A stretch of 64,000 bases of DNA from Candidatus Peribacteria bacterium (GTDB taxonomy: Bacteria > Patescibacteriota > Gracilibacteria > Peribacterales > Peribacteraceae). Under the pieces are notes generated by a model, which saw only the letters and a program-made list of their open reading frames with translations, was not told the origin of the DNA and did no database searches. Location: assembly GCA_041691135.1 (NCBI GenBank), contig JBEPVF010000008.1:8529-72528 (forward strand). Reading direction: 5' to 3'. The translations under genes were made by a program, and so were the position numbers. Below, in pieces: positions 57,832-64,000 of this stretch (position 1 is its first letter; the number at the start of each line of letters is the position of its first letter).

Positions 57832-59745
57832 ATGTCCGAGACGGTTACTTCTCCACTGGCCATGCTGCTCCCGGATCTCCGGCAGCGGCGCATCCTGACG
57901 CCGGCGATCGAGAGGGCATTTCGACTGGCCGAGGAACTCTATGTCGACGAGATGCATTGGATGGGCATGTCCCAGCTGGAGCATTCGGCGGCGGTCCTGA
58001 AGACGCTCCTTCCGTTCGAACCTGATGAGGAGGCTATCATTACGAGCGTGCTCCATCAGGTATTGGAGACGAAAAAAATTACGCTTCCCGAATTGGAGGA
58101 GCAATTTGGTGCAAGCGTTCGATCGCTGACCAGCGGTGTGCATCTGCTGGCGCAGGTGCAGTTGCAGACGAGCCGGAATTCCATCCAGAATCTGCGGCTC
58201 ATGCTGCTCAGCGTGACGGATGATCTGCGCGTCATCCTCATTATTTTATGCGATCGCGTCTCGCTGATGGACGAGTTGTCGCGGGTGACGATCAAGGATC
58301 AAAAATGGTTGTGTCAGAATGCACTGCATCTGTTTGCACCGGTTGCGTCCCGGTTGGGTATTCACTCACTCAAGCAGCGATTGGAAAATGCGGCCTTCCC
58401 GGTTCTCTATCCGAATGACAGCGCGCTCATTCAGCACCAATTCAATCATGTGCATGAGCATTTTGGTGACTTTATGCCCGAAGCGGCCGCCCGTGTGCGT
58501 TTCTTTCTGGCGGAGCAGGGGATAACGCCGGAGGTCGACGGGCGCGAAAAGCAGATGTACAGCGTATTCATGAAGATGAAGAGCAAGAGCTTGTCGCAGA
58601 TCGAACGCCTGCACGATCTGTTCGCCCTGCGCATCGTAGTCGAAACGGAAGAAGACTGTTACCGGGTATTGGGGATGCTGCACCGTATTGGCCGCCCGGC
58701 GGCGAACCGCTTCAAGGACTACATCGCTTTTCCCAAGCCCAATGGTTATCGCAGCCTCCACACAACCATGGCGAGGTTCCCCGGTGTGCCGGAGGGGCTC
58801 TTTCTGGAAGTACAGATCCGAACACGAAGTATGCATCGCGAAGCGGAATACGGTATCGCGGCGCACTGGAGTTACAAAGAGCGGGGGTCGGCGGCACGCG
58901 TGATTGATCGTGTGCACTTGCAGGAAGTGCTGGCCAAACAGCAATCGTTCGAGCAGGAGGATGGCTCATTGCCGATCATCAGTGATCATATCTACGTACT
59001 GACGCCCAATGGAGATATCGTGGAATTGCCAGAAGGAGCCACGCCGCTCGATTTCGCGTTCCAGATTCATACCGATGTGGGTTTGTCCTTCAGGTCCGCG
59101 CGGGTGAACGGCAGCATTGCGCCGCTTACGTACGAATTGGAGAACGGCGACGTGGTGGAAGTGATGCGCAACCGTACGCCACAGCCGTCGCCCGAATGGT
59201 TGAAACTCGTGAAAATGGCATCCTCAAAATCACGTCTCAAACGATATCTTCATTCACTTCATCGCACCGAGTATGTCCTGAACGGACGCAATACACTCAA
59301 TGAGGAACTGCATCGGCATCATCTGGCGCTTCTCGACGGAGATTACTCGGTGATGCGCCTGTGTGATGGTCAGGAGTTGAGTATGCAGGAACGTGAGGAT
59401 TTGCTGATGAAAATAGGGCAGGGCACCGAGAAAGCCGCTTTGATTCTGGGGCGTCTGGATATCCTGCATTCGATGCTCAGTCACCGGCAATTCAAGCAGG
59501 CGGTTCCTCCAAAAGCGGTGATGGGTCTGATCGTGGATGGCGGTTTACCGATGCCGATCCGGTTTGCGAAATGCTGCAAGCCGCAAGACAAACAGACCGA
59601 CAGCATCGTCGGCATCATCGCGCGCAATGGATACATCATGATTCATGACCAAGAGTGCCGGATGATCCGTCAGGCAAACGTGGCACGAAAGATTGGGGTG
59701 AGGTGGGAGGATGAGAGTACTGGGGTGAGGAAGAAGCGAGAGTAG
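57832..59745 (+). CDS. relA: RelA/SpoT family (p)ppGpp synthetase with degenerate HD domain and TGS
   Basis: DLFALRI, RFKDYIAFPKPNGYRSLHT, EVQIRT, AEYGIAAHWSYK and TPLDFAF motifs. The HD motif reads LHQVLE. Confidence 0.9.
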   Translation: MSETVTSPLAMLLPDLRQRRILTPAIERAFRLAEELYVDEMHWMGMSQLEHSAAVLKTLLPFEPDEEAIITSVLHQVLETKKITLPELEEQFGASVRSLTSGVHLLAQVQLQTSRNSIQNLRLMLLSVTDDLRVILIILCDRVSLMDELSRVTIKDQKWLCQNALHLFAPVASRLGIHSLKQRLENAAFPVLYPNDSALIQHQFNHVHEHFGDFMPEAAARVRFFLAEQGITPEVDGREKQMYSVFMKMKSKSLSQIERLHDLFALRIVVETEEDCYRVLGMLHRIGRPAANRFKDYIAFPKPNGYRSLHTTMARFPGVPEGLFLEVQIRTRSMHREAEYGIAAHWSYKERGSAARVIDRVHLQEVLAKQQSFEQEDGSLPIISDHIYVLTPNGDIVELPEGATPLDFAFQIHTDVGLSFRSARVNGSIAPLTYELENGDVVEVMRNRTPQPSPEWLKLVKMASSKSRLKRYLHSLHRTEYVLNGRNTLNEELHRHHLALLDGDYSVMRLCDGQELSMQEREDLLMKIGQGTEKAALILGRLDILHSMLSHRQFKQAVPPKAVMGLIVDGGLPMPIRFAKCCKPQDKQTDSIVGIIARNGYIMIHDQECRMIRQANVARKIGVRWEDESTGVRKKRE

Positions 59746-59839
59746 TGGTTGGAGGAAGCCGAGGGCTCCGACGGCGCCGAGGAATCCGAGGAGGGATGGA
59801 ATTTGTTTATCACTAAAAAATAATCGTCGGAGTCCTCTT

Positions 59840-61096
59840 CTAAACGAGCATCATCTCCACAAACTTCTCCACTTTCTTCCGCCATCGGAGTTGTTCAAAC
59901 TCTTCGGTGCCGGGGCCTTTCACGTGCGTTCGATCATGCTCGGGAAGAGTGGCGATCAGCTGTTGGACGTCGTCATCCGTTACCTCTATCTTCTTTTCCT
60001 CCAGTGCTTTCTCCAGACCGAAACGGAGAGTAAGGCGACGCTTGGCCTGGTCGCGCATTTCCTTTTGCAGTGACTCCGCATCGCGCTGCGTCTGCTTCAG
60101 CCAGTCTTCGATGGAAGCGCCCTGTTGCTGCAGGCGGTCGCGCAGATCAAGGAGAATGGCCCGGGCTTCTTGCTCTATCAATTCGTCTGCGAGGTCGACG
60201 GTTGTTGCTTTGGCCAAGGCATCGAACATTTCCTCCTCGCGCTTTTGCTGTGCCACGCCTTCTTCCTGCTGGCGCATGGAGTCGGTGATCTTGCTGCGGA
60301 AATCGGCGGCTGATTCGGCCTGAAACTTTTCTTTGGCCAACTCATCCGTCAGCTGCGGCTTCTGTACTTCTTCAATCTTCGTCACTTTGACCGAGAACGT
60401 AGCCGGTTTTCCGCGAAGGTGCTCGGCGTGGTATTTCTCGGGGAAGGTGATCGAGAAGCTCTTTTCCTGATCCTTGACCAATCCCTTCAGCTCTTCTTCG
60501 AAGCCGGGAATGAGCGTCTTGCTGCCGATCACTGCCTGGTAACCGCTCGACCGCGTGCCGGGAATCTCGTTCTTGTGTTCATCCACTCCGACGAAGTCCA
60601 TCGTCACCTGATCACCCTCGATGGCGGCACGATCTGTTTCGGTCAGAACTTTATGCTGATCGAGCAGGTAATCGACCATGCGCTGCACATCTTTCTCGTC
60701 CACTTTCGGTTCCTTCTTCTCTACTTTTATCTTGTCGATGTTTTTGATCATGGCGGTTGGTTTCTCGATAAAGGTGAGCTTCACTTTAATCGGCGACACG
60801 CTTTCGACTTCGATCATCGGTGCCATGATGGGCTTCAAATCATGCTCTTTCCCCAGGTTCGCGATCGAGTCGGGGAGCAATGTGCGAATCGTTTCGTCCA
60901 AAACGGCTTCGTTCTTCAAACGCGGGCGCACCAGTTCGGTCGGTGCTTTACCCGGACGAAAACCCTGAATATTCACTTGTTGGCTCATCTGTTCCACCGC
61001 CTTGTCTTCGGCAGCCTTGCTTTCTTCGGCTGTAAATTCGACGGTGAATTGGGTCTTGGCCTGGGGTAGTTTTTTTGGCGGAGAGATTGTAGGCAT
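59840..61096 (-). CDS. tig: Trigger factor
   Basis: GFRPGKAP signature and FKBP domain (LIPGFEEEL, FPEKYHA). Confidence 0.95.
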   Translation of the reverse strand: MPTISPPKKLPQAKTQFTVEFTAEESKAAEDKAVEQMSQQVNIQGFRPGKAPTELVRPRLKNEAVLDETIRTLLPDSIANLGKEHDLKPIMAPMIEVESVSPIKVKLTFIEKPTAMIKNIDKIKVEKKEPKVDEKDVQRMVDYLLDQHKVLTETDRAAIEGDQVTMDFVGVDEHKNEIPGTRSSGYQAVIGSKTLIPGFEEELKGLVKDQEKSFSITFPEKYHAEHLRGKPATFSVKVTKIEEVQKPQLTDELAKEKFQAESAADFRSKITDSMRQQEEGVAQQKREEEMFDALAKATTVDLADELIEQEARAILLDLRDRLQQQGASIEDWLKQTQRDAESLQKEMRDQAKRRLTLRFGLEKALEEKKIEVTDDDVQQLIATLPEHDRTHVKGPGTEEFEQLRWRKKVEKFVEMMLV

Positions 61097-61136
61097 GAGA
61101 GATCTGCATGTATCGAACTCAAATAAAATTCTCAGT

Positions 61137-62066
61137 TCATTTTGTCTTTCTCCAATAAATAAGAAGGGGTGTTGCAACGAAAAATGATGAGTATGTTCCA
61201 ATAATGATGCCGAAGATCAGGGTGAGGATGAACCAGTGCACACTCTCGGGTCCGAAGAAGAGCAGGGCGAACAGCGTGATGAGCGTGCAGAACGTCGTGT
61301 TCAGCGTGCGGTTAAGTGTTTGCTTTAAGCTGCTCGCCGCCAGTGTGCCGAAGTCCTGGTTGCTGCGTTCGACGATCAGGTTGTGACGGATACGGTCGAA
61401 AATGATGATCGTGTCATTGACCGAGTAGCCGAGAATCGTCAGCAGGGCGGTCATGAACAGCGTGTCGACTTGAAATGTCGTGAACTGACTCAGGATAGTG
61501 AAGATGCCGGACGTGATCAGAAGGTCGTGCAAAAGAGCCAGCACGGCGGCGATGCCGAAGCGCATCGGACTGTACTTGCGCGGCACTTTGCGGAACGCGA
61601 AGGCGATGTAGAGGATGATGGCAATGGATGCGACGGCCAGGGCGGTGAAGGCATGCTGTTTGAGCGTGGCGCCGACCGTGGGTCCGATGGTGGTGAACTG
61701 CTGCTCCTCCAATTTGCCGAGCTTCGATTCCAGTTCTTTCAGCAGAAGCACATGTTGTTCGTTGGTGATGGGTGCCGTACGAATGAAATACGTATCGGTG
61801 GTGGTTTTGGAGACATTGGTGTGGCTGATGGCTTGCTTAAGGATCTTGGCATCCTGTGTGTTGCCGTAGGCCGCCGGATCGAAGCTGCTTACAGCCGTAT
61901 CCAAATCTGTTTTCGTCTTTCCGTTCGGCAGATGGAGTTCGATAAGGGTGCCGCCGGTGAATTCCAGACTCATCTTGGGCCCCGGATACACCAACAGGAT
62001 CGCGCTCGCGATCAGGAGGATAGCGGAGACAAAGCCGAAGAACCGGGTGAGTTGCTTATACGACAT
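61137..62066 (-). CDS. secF: Protein translocase subunit SecF
   Basis: EFTGGT, IGPTVG, LHD, GYSVNDTIIIFDRIR and GTYSS motifs. Confidence 0.93.
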   Translation of the reverse strand: MSYKQLTRFFGFVSAILLIASAILLVYPGPKMSLEFTGGTLIELHLPNGKTKTDLDTAVSSFDPAAYGNTQDAKILKQAISHTNVSKTTTDTYFIRTAPITNEQHVLLLKELESKLGKLEEQQFTTIGPTVGATLKQHAFTALAVASIAIILYIAFAFRKVPRKYSPMRFGIAAVLALLHDLLITSGIFTILSQFTTFQVDTLFMTALLTILGYSVNDTIIIFDRIRHNLIVERSNQDFGTLAASSLKQTLNRTLNTTFCTLITLFALLFFGPESVHWFILTLIFGIIIGTYSSFFVATPLLIYWRKTK

Positions 62067-62098
62067 CGGGACGAGAGAGTAGCGGGTTTTTTGGGGGA

Positions 62099-63547
62099 TC
62101 ACAACTTCCTTTGGACCCCGCTGCCAGCCTGTATACTGCTGCTTTGCATGGTTTGGCCTGGAGCCGGGTCGATCTGGAAGGTCAGCAGTGGGCCGTCGCG
62201 GGTTATTGACCAGTCCATCTGAATATTTCCGGTCAGCAATGTGGGGAACAGAGCCTGTAATAATCCGGTGGAGAGGGGGGGACTAAGGAGCTGATTCAAC
62301 CAAGGGGCTGACGTGCGGCCGGCTGCCACTACGCTGCGGCCCACGCCGACAGATGCCACGGGCAACGTACTGGTTGATTCGAGGACGGAAGACAAGAGTG
62401 CAGCATTGTTGCTGGTCAGGAACTGCGTTCCCATAGTCGCTGTGCTCAATCCCTCTGATGCACCGCTGCCGGTGATGCGAACGTCCCAACCGGCCACGTT
62501 TTTCTGCTGAATATTCATGTCGCCAGGTGTGGCTTCCAAGCCGCGGAACGAGAATCCATCTTTGGGATCGAAGGTGTGATTGACTACCTGTGATCCACTT
62601 GTCATTGATGCGGCATGCTGATGCATACGCAGAATCGTTGCGGCCAGCAGATCGCGGCTACTCGCTGTCCCGCGCAGGAGGAAAGAAGTTTGACCTGCAA
62701 TCGGTGCGCCGATCATCAGTGTCATATTCCGATCCAGCAATGGAAGCAGGTCGTAGGTCAGGCTGACATCGCTGCTGATGAAGCGTTGTACCGCAGTTGC
62801 CGCTCTGGTTTCGAGAACGAGCTTTTCGGTCGGTGTCGCATTCTGCAACAGTGCCTGCCACAGCACGGCTGGCCTGTTCACGGCGATGACAGCTTCAAGG
62901 GGCTGCGAGGGGAGTATAACGGGACTGAGAGTAACACTGGTTGGAAGGTGTTCGTTGTAGGCAATGAAGCGCGGGCGTGTGTCCAAGACAATGCCGGCGA
63001 ACCGGTCGACCCCCGCAAGCGCAGCGATGCGCCGATCATCATGCGACAATGTCTGAACACCCTGGAGATCAATGAATGCCCAGGCCACTCGTCCGACGTG
63101 TCGTGCAAGTGTGGCATAGGGCGCACTGGCCGACAGTCGGTTCTTCTCTTCTTTTAACAGAGCGGTCAGTTCCGGTTGCCCTGAGGTGACGAAGCCGAAC
63201 AGGCCTGGCTTTGCCGGTAATGACACATGGAGATCGCCATTTTTTTCCACTGGGAACAAAACCCAGCCGTAAGCGCCGGTGGGTAGTTGCACGATGGCGA
63301 TGTGGACGATGTCGGGAGTAGAGGGGAGTGCTGTCAGGATCGGGAACATCGTTTGGAACCGTTGCACATCCTGGACATGTACGTTCTGAAAGACAGCCAC
63401 TGTACCGTGGAGCGGAAGGAAAACTGCGGGGGCCACATGCCGGTCTGTAGCCAGGAAAATAACTGCACACGCGGCCAAAATAGCGGTGGCGGTGCCAATA
63501 GTAGCCAGGAGAAGGGCGCGAAAACTCATAGTCGGCGTTTGGCTCAT
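62099..63547 (-). CDS. Hypothetical membrane-anchored protein
   Basis: 482-aa ORF with an N-terminal TM, overlapping the secF upstream region. Confidence 0.65.
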   Translation of the reverse strand: MSQTPTMSFRALLLATIGTATAILAACAVIFLATDRHVAPAVFLPLHGTVAVFQNVHVQDVQRFQTMFPILTALPSTPDIVHIAIVQLPTGAYGWVLFPVEKNGDLHVSLPAKPGLFGFVTSGQPELTALLKEEKNRLSASAPYATLARHVGRVAWAFIDLQGVQTLSHDDRRIAALAGVDRFAGIVLDTRPRFIAYNEHLPTSVTLSPVILPSQPLEAVIAVNRPAVLWQALLQNATPTEKLVLETRAATAVQRFISSDVSLTYDLLPLLDRNMTLMIGAPIAGQTSFLLRGTASSRDLLAATILRMHQHAASMTSGSQVVNHTFDPKDGFSFRGLEATPGDMNIQQKNVAGWDVRITGSGASEGLSTATMGTQFLTSNNAALLSSVLESTSTLPVASVGVGRSVVAAGRTSAPWLNQLLSPPLSTGLLQALFPTLLTGNIQMDWSITRDGPLLTFQIDPAPGQTMQSSSIQAGSGVQRKL

Positions 63548-63779
63548 TTTCGCCCATTGTAGCGATAAATCTGCAAAAGTCCCGTCGACTACAAAATGTA
63601 TTCATACAATAGTTCTGTCTTTAGACCATGCCAGTTCCTTGCGACTTCATTCAAGTCCGCCTACCATGACCTGATTTGCCAATGGCAGTTCGCCAGGTGA
63701 ATCCCCTTCGACACCGCAGAGGGTAGATACACACAAACAGTCTCCGCCCTGGGGCTGACACAAAAATAAAGGAATCGTT

Positions 63780-63992
63780 CTCTCGTAGCACAGGCACCTA
63801 CCAGTAGAGAGGAGAGTGGCCGCAGATTGCGGCCCATGTTCACCCCTCGTTCCCTTCGACCACCCACTTGCATCTTTGCAAACCCTGAAGACGGAACGAC
63901 ACCGTGATCTCCGTGCGCCCACCACCGCGTTTACGCCGCGGTGCCGTGGCCACCCTCCTCTCTGCTCTGCAATACCGCACACGACATGAGAG
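63780..63992 (-). ncRNA. Candidate structured RNA (unassigned)
   Basis: A 16-bp stem (63806-63821/63948-63963) is enclosed by further pairing out to 63780/63992, with internal hairpins. G-U wobbles favour the - strand. Confidence 0.35.
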
Positions 63993-64000
63993 GCTGCTGT

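Overview
Bacterial chromosomal window, most likely from a CPR/Patescibacteria (Peribacteria-like) genome. This is inferred from gene content, pyrimidine-rich leaders without Shine-Dalgarno sites on core genes, and CPR-typical hypothetical proteins. The first ~9 kb is an accessory/defence island. It holds a diversity-generating retroelement (DGR): target gene with VR 580-699, TR 1115-1234 (18 of 19 mismatches fall at TR adenines), an avd gene encoded antisense between TR and RT, and a YTDD reverse transcriptase. Next come a DUF2779-like nuclease, a tnpA-only IS200/IS605 element, a type III CBASS operon (CdnC-HORMA-Trip13 plus an unrecognised TM effector instead of NucC) with a divergent LexA-like repressor, and an aberrant tRNA with a GCT anticodon in an Arg-like short-variable-loop body. 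The remainder is mostly housekeeping and small accessory genes: P-type ATPase, a CarS-like/pgsA/pgpA lipid cluster, comEC, rsmA, pcrA, rmuC-like, rpsO, pnp, valS, lexA-dinB, LCP, rplJL, relA, tig and secF. Interspersed are a run of self-contained ORFan cassettes, a DUF559 nuclease bracketed by nested inverted repeats, dispersed 9-bp-period repeat arrays, and candidate structured RNAs. No CRISPR array or rRNA was seen. All protein calls come from motif recognition by eye, not from database searches.
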